DNA of 58,970 bases, counting the filler, from Catajapyx aquilonaris (Eukaryota), in NCBI GenBank assembly GCA_000934665.2. It is 2 parts of 2 records of this genome, joined end to end, with 100 filler letters (N's around TTAATTAATTAA, not from the genome) between each part and the next. Parts side by side here need not be neighbours in the genome. Positions count along the whole stretch, not along the records: positions 1 to 29,447 come from KZ539220.1; positions 29,548 to 58,970 come from JYFJ02004797.1. One strand, 5' to 3'. Made by a program: the position numbers and the translations under genes. Numbering within the stretch: the stretch's first letter is position 1; each line of letters starts with the position of its first letter. Positions 23,911-35,637 of the stretch are shown in pieces. The notes under the pieces were generated by a model. It had not been told where the DNA came from, ran no database searches, and saw only the letters and a list, made by a program, of their open reading frames with translations.

Positions 23911-25375
23911 TATTGTGAACGATATTGTTGGCACAAAGTCAGTTCTCCTGCATTCAGTAGGATGAGCGGGATTAATTTTTTATTTGCAACTACTGTGCTT
24001 TCCGTTCAAAATCAGCGGCAATGGCAAACCAATTTTGGCTGGCCCAATTTTCATATTTACTATTATTAGAAGTGACAATATGATTGTGAAATTTGTGTAG
24101 ATCTAACCTGAATAACTCCCTGCAAATGTCTTGTATCCTACATTTTTGTGTGCAACATACAGTAATCCATTATTGGTGACTAACATTATCACTTTTTTTT
24201 ACAGCTTTCCATTTCTTTTACAATAACTTTTGCATAAAAATATTGCCATCAAAATTGTTACGAAGATGTTTGAAATGCCAACTCAGTGATGGATACTAAG
24301 AGGCTAGGGTGGTACAAAAATAACGAAAAGAAAATGATACAATAAAAAGCCATAAGGTGAAGTGGGGGAAGTGCACACCCGGGGTAAGCACTTCCCCCAC
24401 TTCACCTTATTGTAATCTTAATACCTTTCTTCCCTGTTTGTGGTAACTACTGTGTAACAATCTATAACAATTTTATTGCCATATGTCAGACCGAAAGAGT
24501 CACATCTCCACATTGAGATAATGGACGTTTGGGACTCTCACAACTCGATGAAGACAGGATTCGCAATTTGCAAATGTGACTTTATTCGGTAGGTCATCAG
24601 TTTACATGACGCTAGTGACTACAATATCAAATATATAATTATGGAAATAATATATTTTAAATCATGAATAGACGGTTACTGTTGAAGCCTTCCAAAACGT
24701 GCTCTACGTACACGTAGTCTATATAAATAACTCTGGATGAAAAGGTAAAACCTTGTACATTCGTAGTATTTTCATATTGTCAAATGCGATGGTTTTTGAC
24801 ACTCTGAAGTCACTGAAAAAGAACAGTGTCGTCAAAGCGTAAAATCCTCGTAACTCCATTTTCAGAAATATACTATAGATAGTAAAAAAGTAACAGCAAG
24901 ATAAATCTTTGTGACAAGGCCTTTGGTGTCAATGACTGTCACCATGGAGACTGGAAGGGAGTCGAACAGACGAGAGCATTACAGGATGATATTGCTCCAT
25001 ATCTCTTGACAATACAGTACTATATATCCCCAGAGGTCAGAGCATGCATCCTACGTGGTCGCAAATGTCGCAACTTTGCTTCATATACCGGTACACGTAT
25101 TTCGCCAGATACAGAACTGTATTCTCAGTGGGATAGATCTGGCGAATTCGGAGGTCAGTTGGCTTCCTTTTTTCTGAATTATTATTCGTGTCTCCAACGC
25201 TGATTCGCCTCGTCAGTAAAATGACACTCTCACATTCTTTCTGATCACAATTTCTGTGGGCTAATGGCCAATGCACGCTTGAACCGATATTATGTACTGC
25301 AGGAAGGTCAGAAGAGGCTTCTTTGCAGCCTATTGCGAGATGTTTTTATTACACTGAAATGACTGTTACCTGTAA

Positions 25376-26471
25376 CACTATGCAACACAATATTTGTCCA
25401 TGGAAATTCATCGTCATATTCGTGTTCCTTAGGTCACAAGTAACTCATAATGAGCATTCATTTTGTCTTTGATTTGTTTTTGACCTCGGGGCAGTCAAAC
25501 AACCAAAATTCTCAAATATAGCAGTTTATTCCCAATCAAGCGGGCCTAAATGTTGCTAAACCATCTCGGATTTTTCTGAAAATAATCACAGCTGTACACA
25601 CCTATGGCGTAACACTGCATATCCAGTTCGAACCAAATGGCGAAATACCTTGAGGAGGGAAAAATTCGCGAAATTTTGAAATGGGGCTTTTTTTTGGATA
25701 ATTTTTTTCGGTTATTGGAAGTGGTCAAAACCCAATCAACATAATTTATATCAAATGAAAGATAAACGCGAGTACATTGTAGAATGCGGCTATGGAGTTT
25801 CTTTTTCTGAAACATGCACTCAGAAAAACATGTGTGGCATTTGATCAGGCACATGCCCAAGAATTTGCCTCCATTAAAATTAATGGTAATTCGGCAAACA
25901 TATCTATTATTTTCTCGCGAGCCATGCATGACGACCTAGGATTGAAACTGAACATATTGAATCTTGTATGGGTCGCAACCCCTGTCACCAAATATGGCTG
26001 CTCTTACGCAAATACATCACTAATTGTTGGGGTCTAAACACTTGGACATGTATCTGAGCATGTGACCGATGGAATGCCACACGGTTTTCTGAGTGCATTT
26101 TCGAGAAAAACACATTCCATAGGCTCATTCTACTCGCGTTTATCTTTCATTTGATGTAGCCTATATATTGTTTGGGTTTTGACCACTTTCAATAACCGAA
26201 AAAAATATCAAACAAATGCCCCATTTTCAAAATTTCGCTCTTTTTTCCATGCCCACGGTATTTCGCAATTTGGCTCATTTAGCAACATTTAGGCCGGCTT
26301 AATTGGGAAAAAAACTGCTCTATTTGAGAAGTTTGGTTTTTTGACTGCCCCGAGGTCAAAAACAAATCAAAGACAAAATGAATGCTCATTATGGGTTACT
26401 TGTGACCTAAGGAACACGAATATGACGATGAATTTCCATGGACAAAAAAAATCAAATTTTGTTGCATAGTG
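25376..26471. mobile_element. Transib-like non-autonomous foldback element
   Basis: Termini CACTATG...CATAGTG, 5-bp TSD TGTAA/CGTAA (one transition), inverted arms over 400 bp. Confidence 0.75.
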
Positions 26472-26937
26472 CGTAATGTCTTCACCCTTCTCAAAGTTGA
26501 TTGCATCTCCTTCATCGCAAACTACCCCTTTATAGGGAAATGTCGCGATGATGACGTTCACGATTATGATCATGAACTTACGACGTTTGTACGCCAACCG
26601 ACAACAATAGAGTCTGTTTTCCGACAGCAACCACAGTGATCATAATTATATAGGTTATTAACCACATTTGATATCATTGAGTCCGGTGCCAAATTTGACA
26701 AATTCAAAATAATTATTATGTCCAGTATTTGCTGTGTTGCAAGACTTATAAAGAGGTTACTGCAAATAGCTGCCTCCATGATAATCCCACTTCGTGAAAC
26801 TGTACGTCATGGTTACCATCGCTGTTTGACAATAAGGCTGCATTGGTTGATTACAAGAATACGGTACCGGTATATTCTTTCCCATCACACCAAAGTTGCT
26901 CTATAATTGTGGGATAACTTACCTAAACTTTCTTCAG

Positions 26938-27073
26938 GTACATAGGAGACATGCGTCTGGAAAAAAGCAAGTTGATGAGGCCTCCTCCATCCCACACTCA
27001 GAGCATCCCCAACCCAATCATCACTGTCACAGAGCACACGCCAACTCCTTCACCTGAGTGCCTACAAAGACAG
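26938..27073 (+). CDS. unc80: unc-80 internal exon (YIGDMRLEK...IPNPIITVTEHTPTPSPECLQRQ)
   Basis: tcttcag acceptor, CAG|gtgagg donor, PIITVTEHTPTPSP motif. Confidence 0.9.
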
Positions 27074-27129
27074 GTGAGGATTTGTGAGAAGGATATCACT
27101 TGCAAAATGACTGACTACTCTCTTGACAG

Positions 27130-27312
27130 CTTCATGGTTCGATAGAAAGTCATTTGGACTCGATTGGCATGTCTAGGCCCGTGCATTCCAACCTGACCCG
27201 CTCTCAGACTGATTCCAACATTGCTTATACTATTTCTGAGCTCCAAGAAGCACCTGCGTCGTCTCATTATATCACCAAAGACGGAGAAATAGATTGTCAA
27301 GTGGTCCTAAAG
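27130..27312 (+). CDS. unc80: unc-80 internal exon (LHGSIESHLD...LTRSQTDSNIAY...YITKDGEIDCQVVLK)
   Basis: ttgacag acceptor after a 56-nt intron, AAG|gtatgg donor. Absent from the ORF track but open in frame. Confidence 0.9.
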
Positions 27313-27400
27313 GTATGGAATTTACAAACATAAAATACTCGTACAGTACGGTATGTGCCACCCCATGCATGGCTTTCACATATGGTTTTGTTTGATACAG

Positions 27401-27612
27401 GCAGTCCATGCTGTCAGTTTACGTGATAATTCTATTACTCTGCGCGTGTGCGAAGTGATACTGAATCTTTTGGAACTATTGCTCAACATTGGAATTGTAC
27501 AACCTCCCAGCAATGATTACCTGGAAAGAGAATTACAAAAAAGTAAAAATGATGGCGACAAGAATGGCGATACTATGACACATCATGGGCTCTTCATGGA
27601 CTGCATTTCTAG
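27401..27612 (+). CDS. unc80: unc-80 internal exon (AVHAVSLRDNSITLRVCEVILNLLELLL...FMDCIS)
   Basis: gatacag acceptor, AG|gtaagg donor. Confidence 0.9.
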
Positions 27613-28069
27613 GTAAGGAATTATCAAGAACACAACAACATATTTGAAAATTAATTATTTAAAATCGACGCAGTAATTTTTATACGGCTTACTAATGTCT
27701 GAATATAATTTGCATTAAATATTCGCAATAATACAGGGTGGTCGACAAAGAATGCCCCGATTCTAAAACCCTATAACTCGAAGACATGATAGACATAGTA
27801 CTGTATATCTTAATGGTTTAAGTTTTGAACTGCTAAGAAAGGTATAAGGCTTACATTACTGTTGGCGGTAGTACCGGTTTTTTTTCCGGTTTTTGACAAT
27901 TTGAGTAAATTTCAATTTCTCATTAGTTTTTCTTTTTTCTTCCACCGGAAGTGCTACATCACCCAGCCCAATAATGCATTTGCAAGGCAGAATATCTGCC
28001 TACAAAATGAAAGCATAAAATAATGGTCATTTAAGAATTTGTCACTCAATAGTAGGAGGACTCGAACGG

Positions 28070-28071
<2 letters not shown>

Positions 28072-28138
<67 letters not shown>
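28072..28138. repeat. (AAT)n microsatellite
   Basis: Perfect trinucleotide run. Confidence 0.95.
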
Positions 28139-28186
28139 CTTGTCTGGAACGCCAGATGTTGCTGCCTGAAGAAGTAGTGTCGTGAC

Positions 28187-28521
28187 AGGGAGATGAAGTG
28201 GCGTCGCGGTAACGCGTGCGCCCACGGATATGAAGGTCCCGGGTTCAATCCCCACCCGGGGTTCCCACCTTTATCCGTGCAGAGTTGGGCCATCTCTGGC
28301 TTCATTTCGGGTGGAAATTTCCTAAAGACTATTCCACCCGGGGGAGTTCACAAAATGACCAATTAACGACAGCGCACATGCACTTTGCACATCCCCTCCT
28401 ACCAACCCTTGGAGTAATTCATCAGATTCTCTTAACACGCTCCAAAACAAATACCAATGGTGGTAATCCACCACCCCCTATAGACCTAACAGGTCATCAC
28501 GGGGAAATTTTTTTTTTAAAA
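28187..28521 (+). mobile_element. tRNA-derived SINE (family C) inserted in a small hairpin element (28164-28630)
   Basis: A box GTGGCGTCGCGG, B box GGTTCAATCC, 18-bp TSD AAGAAGTAGTG(T/C)CGTGAC at 28169 and 28522. Confidence 0.85.
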
Positions 28522-29194
28522 AAGAAGTAGTGCCGTGACGAAAAAGGTCGCAGCACTCCCTTGGCGGCCTTTGGCGGCGGCCAAGGGAGTGCTGCCACCT
28601 TTTGGTCAGTACGGCACTAAATCTTCAGGCGGCCGCTTTCCCTTCCCGCCAAAAGTCCTAACCGCCACCTATTTCATTTCCCGCCAATACAGGTCTGCCA
28701 ACTGATTCAATCTGAGCCTCAAAATATTCAGAAAGCTGTCATAGAGTAAGTTTACAAGGGACTAAAAATCGGCCTAGCCTATATTAGGCGAACCGGTTTA
28801 CTCCCATGTAGCCGCTGGGCCTACGATAGACCGGCCTTATCTGGACCTCTATACTCGTAGAAGCCCGCTCGCATGCTACCAGAGAGATTGCGCGCGGTGA
28901 CGTAGCCCTCCTGAGGGGGTGGTTTGTGGGAGGTTCCCGGGCTGGCCTGGCGCTCTCCGGCGCTCTCCAAGTGTGGTGGTATCGCGATATGATTTCGGTA
29001 GCTGGGTCATGACGTCTCAGATGACGTCATGGATGGCCAGGGAGGGCCAATCAGGCATCGCGAGTCCACCCAGCAATGTATGAGAGTCGGAGTCGGCCAA
29101 GGTTCAGAATCTCGCCTCCTGTATGGGAGGTATGAGAGGTCGAGTCGGTCAAAATGAGACTGAAGAAGGTGTTGGTTGGTGCAGTCTTTGACCC

Positions 29195-29417
29195 GGGCAT
29201 TTCCACGCAAACACAGACATACTGTCCGTTCGTAACGCAGGTTTTGCCGACATGTACTAGCGTATTTTATTGTAACAATACACACTCATTGCATGAAAAT
29301 GAAATGGATTAAGCATGCAGTGCATGCATTCTGGCATTGTTGTAATAAATTATACACTTGTGCACGTAGGCAAAACGTGTGTTACGAACGGACGGAATAT
29401 GCATCATGGAAATGCCC
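29195..29417. mobile_element. Palindromic MITE with 4-bp TSD (Sola2-like)
   Basis: ACCC|GGGCATTTCCA ... TGGAAATGCCC|ACCC with internal inverted arms. Confidence 0.6.
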
Positions 29418-29447
29418 ACCCCTTTTTCAGCAACCCAAGCCATCCAC

Positions 29448-29547
29448 NNNNNNNNNNNNNNNNNNNNNNNNNNNNNNNNNNNNNNNNNNNNTTAATTAAT
29501 TAANNNNNNNNNNNNNNNNNNNNNNNNNNNNNNNNNNNNNNNNNNNN
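29448..29547. other. Artificial contig/scaffold linker with stops in all six frames
   Basis: 44 N + TTAATTAATTAA (29492-29503) + 44 N, exactly 100 nt. Confidence 0.92.
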
Positions 29548-30212
29548 TCGATGTGGGTTTCACATATATATTTTTCAAAAAAATCGATGACTATGACCTG
29601 ACACCTTTTTTCACTCACTGGCTGATCTGAAATGGAACCACCCTATTATTATTCTTCTTCTTCTTCTTATTATTATTATTATTATAGGTTTTGCACGAAC
29701 TTTGATCAATCAGTACCTAACTGAAGCTGCCCTAAGTTCCGATATCACTCACATGCTCACTTTTTTATTTTCGCATAATTAAATCAACCTCGATAATCGG
29801 CCCCGAGTTGGTGAAATATGCAGAGGAAGATTGTCTGTACAACGTATTAAAATTTGGAACATTTTAATGTGGTTGTTTGAATGATGTAGTGACACAAACT
29901 GCACTTACGGCGAGAAACAATGACAAAGTGCAGGATTTTATATGTCCTTCCCCGCTCAACCTCTCGGCTGGAGATGTACGGCATGAGACGGGGCATGAGT
30001 GGAGCTATCATTTAGTACCCATTGCATATTTTTAGTCCCAATAGGCGCCTCACAGTGACGGCGCAAAGATAGTCGGAATCCCCATAAGGCGCCATGTTAA
30101 TTTCGTCTTCCTGCCTCCCTTTTGCCCTTAGTCACGTGATCCCCCCCTCCGAGATGTTTGCATCACTTTTGAGAGGGAGAGCGAGCGTCTACTGGTATAT
30201 ATGGTCTAAGCT

Positions 30213-30361
30213 CACGCGTGACGTGTCTGAGCGCACCCATTCCTTGTCTATGAACCCCCTCTATATGGCGTTTCCGGACACGGTTTCCTATGTCAAAAAT
30301 GTTTGTCTTGGTCCCCTCTATCACCCCTAGAAGTTTGTCGGTTGAATTCATTTACACCCTG
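30213..30361. mobile_element. Right arm of a family A MITE
   Basis: Matches 38765-38905 and ends CACCCTG|TA. Confidence 0.8.
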
Positions 30362-30373
30362 TATATAGATATA

Positions 30374-31377
30374 CAGGGTGCTCAAAAACTCGCGGAAAGT
30401 GGCCCCGTAGCCTGATAGGACTTGCAAAACTAATATAGGGATGTGGAAGTAGTTTTGGGCTAACTTGCATAGTTTTTGCGTACGACGCCTTTAAGATTTC
30501 GGGAGTTTCATGACGTCACATCCGCCTTGAGGCCCCCATTGCGTCATCGTAGATGTTGTTGTGGCTGTTGCCATTGGCACTGATTATTGTTGCAAATATT
30601 GTCAACTGTGATTGTCGAGAAATAAACAACGATTTCAGTCTGGCAATTGAGGTGTCGACTGGCCACAGATACAAGCTGCTGAAATCGTTGTTTATTTCTC
30701 AACAATCACAGTTGACAATATTCGCAACAAACCGAAGCAGTAGTGGTGTAGTGGATATGGTGTCCGACTGCTAATCGGGAGGTCCTGGGTTCGAGTCCCG
30801 GAGGCCGGCGGTCCTGACCTTGGTTTTCTGTGGTTTCCCAAGGTCACTCCAGGGAAATTCCGGGATCGTACCGTTATATAGGCCACAGCCGCTTCCTTCC
30901 TTTCCCTGGAGGAGGCGCGGTGTCGGTGGGGGGCTTCCGGCCACGCCTAGGGAGGTGTCTAAGCTTGGCCCCCTGAGGGACTGCACACGGCCCCCACCAC
31001 AGGACAATGCACTGCACCTTTGTTCCTCCCTCCCTATCCCTTCCCTGTCCCTGCACCGGTGAGATTGTAAAGTTAGAAAAATGGAGGAGATCTCCTCCCC
31101 CTGCATTGGCCAATTGGTCTCAAGGGGGATCCCAAATAAATAAATAAATAAATATTCGCAACAATAATCAGTGCTAATGGCAACAGCCACAACAACATGT
31201 ATGATGACGCGATGGGGGCCTCAAGGCGGATGTGACATCATGAAACTCCCGAAATCTTACAGGCGTCGTACGCAAAAACTATGCAAGTTAGCCCAAAACG
31301 ACTTCCACATCCCTATATTAGTTTTGCGAGTCCTATCAGGCTACCTGGCGACTTTCCGCGAGTTTTTGAGCACCCTG
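30374..31377. mobile_element. Tc1/mariner-type foldback MITE interrupted by a SINE
   Basis: TA|CAGGGTGCTCAAAAACTCGCGGAAAG ... CTTTCCGCGAGTTTTTGAGCACCCTG|TA. Confidence 0.88.
30731..31150 (+). mobile_element. tRNA-derived SINE (family A)
   Basis: A box TGGTGTAGTGG, CCGACTGCTAATCGG anticodon-arm-like stem, B box GGTTCGAGTCC, (TAAA)n tail, 14-bp TSD AATATTCGCAACAA. Confidence 0.9.
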
Positions 31378-31910
31378 TATATTTCAAAATATTTTTCACA
31401 ACGAACCTTCGATCCGGATCCGAAACCCAGACTACCCGGACCATCCGACACTATCTTGATAATGCGAATCTGGGAAGAGGGTTCCCAAACAGGTTTGGAT
31501 ATCTGGATACCGGACAGTCCGGATATGTAGCAGCACTAGTATCTACCCTCTTCTATGGCCAGGATAGCCTACCACCAAATTCCAGACTAGGGCCTTAATG
31601 ACCATGCAGAAAAGTATGGCAAGGAGGGTGCTGCATCATATATTGATTACCTTCATCCCCTTTGCAATGGTGCATGACTGCATGTTATTCCTTGCATGCT
31701 TCTTTTCCCTGCATTGAGCCAGTTGACTTTGGAGTGCTGTTGAAGTAGGTTCTCTGTCTCATCCAAATGTAACATGAGCCAAAGATTTTTTCTTCCCCCC
31801 ACTTCCAGCTTCAGTCTAACCCCTGCTTGTGGGTCCCAACCATTTTTTGTGCCATAATGATGACATCTCAGTGAGCATACCAGCATTAATATTTTTTCTT
31901 TCTCCTAAAG

Positions 31911-32257
31911 CATGGTTGGACACACACATCTGAGAAGCCACACCGTTGCCCGGTATGCAATGTTCGCTTCGCTTTTGAAGAGAAATTAACGGCTCACATG
32001 CGTTGCCACTCTGGGAACCAATCATTCCAGTGCCATATCTGCGACCGCACATTTATCCGCAAGGAGAATTTGGCCTCTCATATGCGGGTTCACACTCGGG
32101 AAAAGCCATACCGTTGTCAGGATTGTAGCAAGAGATTTTCTACCCACCAGGCTCTCAACATGCACAAGATGTATCAACACCAAGAGGAACGATTACATAT
32201 GTGCTATGTGTGTGATCGGCGATTCAAGACCCATTACCATTTGGCCCTTCATTTTAG
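31911..32257 (+). CDS. C2H2 zinc-finger protein, penultimate coding exon (5' exons missing)
   Basis: ctaaag acceptor. Reads HGWTHTSEKPHRCPVC...HTREKPYRCQDC...CYVCDRRF...HF. AG|gtactg donor in phase 2. Confidence 0.9.
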
Positions 32258-32685
32258 GTACTGTCAGGCTGAAAACATATTCTTAAATGATATACAGGGT
32301 GTAGGCTGTACTTCAGGACAGACTTCTAGGGGTAATAGAGGGGACCAAGACAAACACATTTCATAAATTCCTTTCACTTGCAACAGACGTGACTACAGGC
32401 TGGCACAAAATTGCACAGCACGTTTCATCATAAAATAATCCATGAAAGTCTACAAATGGGCCTTAAACATGACTAAAATCTTACAATATGCTATGACATA
32501 AAATATCACTTTATATCTTTGATTTTTAAAGGGTAAAGTGCCAGAATTTCAGACTTTCACAAAGTCTTACTTATGACCCACCCTGTAGATTCTTGCATCA
32601 TGCAGGTGTACCCCTCTACTGGTACCACAAACAATGTTGTAATTAAATCATACTGCATATGTTTGTGATATAAATTATAATGTGA

Positions 32686-33017
32686 TGGGTGATAGGCGTA
32701 CCACTAGGGATTTTCTGCCAGACCTAGATTTATTTTTGAGGTGATTTTACAACTTGGAATCCTATTTTTACAATGCCCGGGCCCACGGGCAGGATGGGAT
32801 GACAGGAGGGGATGTGCAAGTGCAGTGCCTTGTCTGAAATGTGGTCGTTTTGTGAGCTCCCCCGGGTGGATTAGTCTAAGGAAATTCCACCCAGACGAAG
32901 TCAGAGACGACTCTTAACTCTGCACGAGATGAAGGGGGTGTCCCCAGGTTGGATTCGAACCCGGGACCTTAACATCCGTGGGCGCATACGTTACCGCAGC
33001 ACCACTCCGCCTCCCCT
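32686..33017 (-). mobile_element. tRNA-derived SINE (family C)
   Basis: A/B boxes on the minus strand and an 18-bp TSD ATATAAATTATAATGTGA. Confidence 0.85.
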
Positions 33018-34350
33018 ATATAAATTATAATGTGAGTGTTCATTGACACTGGATATTCCCTTGTCACAGCCAGGAAGGAACAGCGTTGACTGTACATGGA
33101 GTTTCTGAATTCATGGGACAAACTTGTAGGGGTAATAGAGGGGTCCAAGACAAATATTTTTCACATAGTAACCCGTGTCCAGAAACGCCATCTAGGTTAA
33201 TAGATGAGGGTGCGCTCAGACGCGGGAGGCACTAGGCAAGCGGACCATATAGTTGCTATGTGGCTCTGTTGTTGCCAGGTAATTGCGAATTGCGCCGTTG
33301 TTTACTATCCGTGGGCCATCTAGCAACGAAACTGTCCGCTCGCCTAGTGCCTCCCGCCTGCTATGTCTGAGCGCACCTGTTTCACACAGTGCCGGTTCTA
33401 CGAAATTTCGGAGGGGGGGGCAGAAACCTTTTCTGCCGCCCCCCACTCCCACCCCCGTGGTTTGAAAGTTTGGTTTCATTTTTCTGACATGGATCTTCTG
33501 CACTTCAGGCAGTGGCGCATGCAAAATGTTCTTTTGGGGGCAGCTGGCAGGCGAGGAAGCCCACCGCAGGCGAAAATTTTTGTGTGTTCAAGGTCACACA
33601 AGCTGAGGGTGCTAAATTTCTTTCTGCCAGAAAGAAATATCATCTTCAGCGTTGTTTTGCATTTCTGCTGGGAAAGCGTCCCTAAGATGCACTACAGTTT
33701 TGACTACCAGTCCAAATAATATACTGTTTGCAGATATTTTCGTAATGAACGCACGTCTTGTCATTGTCCCGGACAATACACAGGAGAAGGGTTAGCATGA
33801 AAGCTTTCTGCAGGACAAGAAGGTTAATAACTATTTCAGATCTGCATATTGCACTTGAAAGGAGTTCTGCTTAATAGGTGGCTGTAGTTTTGCCGTTACA
33901 AGTTCACAAACAATTCCAGTGTTGTCAATAACGTACATTAGCGGGTTTTCAATCATTACAGAGCCGTGCTTCCCAATCTTTTTCGGATAGATGCGTAAAA
34001 TTCGCGACCACCACTTCCAATCAACCCTACCCCTTTCCTTTGGTGGTAGTTAATTACAATAATCGCTAAATTAACACATCTCGTTTACGAGCAAATTTTC
34101 TAGAGAGATAGAATCAATCTGCACAAACAACTACGTAGTTAACCTTCCTCGCGACTCCAAAGGGGTCGCGACCGCAAAACGGAAAAGAACACAACAGTGG
34201 CGGATTTCCCATTAGGCACAGTAGGCACTGGCCTAGGGGCGGCAGCGAGTTGCAATAAATAATATTTCTCAAATACAATTACGAAATTAAGGCGAGATCA
34301 CAAAGAAAATCGGATTTTTGAGAGCTTGATTTACCACTACAGGCAGAAAA

Positions 34351-34473
34351 GGTGCCACAAAGGAGAAGAGTCATCTCGCACGCTTTGAAGGCGAAGGCGA
34401 TTATAATAATGGCATTATTATAATCGCCTTCGCCTTCAAAACATGCGAGATGACTCTTCTCCTTTGTGGCACC
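34351..34473. repeat. Near-perfect 123-bp palindrome
   Basis: GGTGCCACAAAGGAGAAGAGTCATCTCGCA...TGCGAGATGACTCTTCTCCTTTGTGGCACC. Confidence 0.92.
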
Positions 34474-35339
34474 GGAGAGAGCTACAGATGCGGTGAAAGG
34501 CGACCGGGTGGCTGGGACAGGCGACTCGCGGCCAGATGCAGGTGTTGTGGCTTCGGAATATCACCTTTTGGCTGTATTTTCACCCTGCTAACGTGGAAAT
34601 TAGCAGCGGAGGTGATGTTTTCTCAACACTATAGGCCAAGCAGAATGAGAAAATTCAAACATTTTCAAAATTCAGGAGGGTAAGAAGAGTTACTTTGGTT
34701 GTGGGACCTGGTGTCATCATATGTCGACATTCAGGATTTTTTTTCTTTTTGCTGAATGTGATGTAACTCCTCTGTACCTGCATGCACCTGTACACCCACA
34801 AGGAAGTGTGCTTTGCACTACAGTTCAGTTTGAAAATCTATAATAGGTACAATGATCAGGGGTAAGAAAGGAAGGAGCAAGTCCCATGTCTGAAGTTTTG
34901 CCCTGGAAAAATAATTTCATATTTATCTTTAATTGTCTTCTGAGAGGAATTGCTACCATGAATTCCAGAAATTAATATAAAAAACATTGTTTGGAGGATA
35001 GAGCACTATGTTAGTGATCCATTAAGTGGCATTTAAATGTTCAGCTTGCATCCGTTCTGCTTTTGTGGCAGTAATTGAGTCATTATTTCGTTAATTATTA
35101 TCATTATTTGGGTCAGTGTTTTACACCTATAATTTTTTTCTCGTTTCTTATTGGCAATATGTTAAGAAAATGCAACAGGAACTGACATTGTGTTACAAAC
35201 TTTTTCTCGGGTCTCAGAAGGATAACACGGAAAAAATAAATATTGGGGAACCCTAAATATATCTGACACAACATAACGTGGTTTTTGGGTTGAATTTTTG
35301 GTTGCATTGACATTTGAAAATTGGAATTTTATGAGGACT

Positions 35340-35637
35340 AATAATAATTAATAATTAAATAATTCATACCCCATTATCAGCCATCGGCTCTTTAGGAGGG
35401 TAGTTTGTTTTGCCTGGAACTCTTTGCTTTTCATTACTGTAGTCTTTGGGATAGGATAGGGACGGAAGGAAGCGGCTGTGGCCTATTAATTACGGAAGCA
35501 ACTCCGGAATTTCCCTGGAAGGACCGTGAGAAACCACAGAAAACCACGGTCAGCGTTGCTGGCCCCGGGATTTGATCCCAGGACCTCCCGATTAGCAGTC
35601 GGACACCATATCCCCTCCAACTCCAAACTGCTTCGGT
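35340..35637 (-). mobile_element. tRNA-derived SINE (family A)
   Basis: The reverse complement closely matches 41543-41826. Confidence 0.85.

Larger units (their letters stand above)
4658..27612 (+). other. unc80: unc-80 gene span (partial; 14 internal coding exons)
   Basis: Exons join in consistent phase and give UNC-80 hallmark peptides (LGAAETKLLYTLHWIL, FRLENG, FFDVAVLRCLF, KGKSMPSL, LTRSQTDSNI, VLKAVHAVSLR). The 5' exons lie upstream of the window and the 3' exons are lost at the linker. Confidence 0.93.

Noticed and set aside
30731..30810. tRNA-Ser(GCT)-like sequence (also at 41543 and 47144)
   Set aside because: No complete acceptor stem. It is followed by a SINE body, tail and TSD, so it is a SINE head rather than a tRNA gene.
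27613..31910. unc-80 spliced into the zinc-finger exons as a fusion gene
   Set aside because: The phases are incompatible (2 versus 0) and the exons are separated by an artificial linker.
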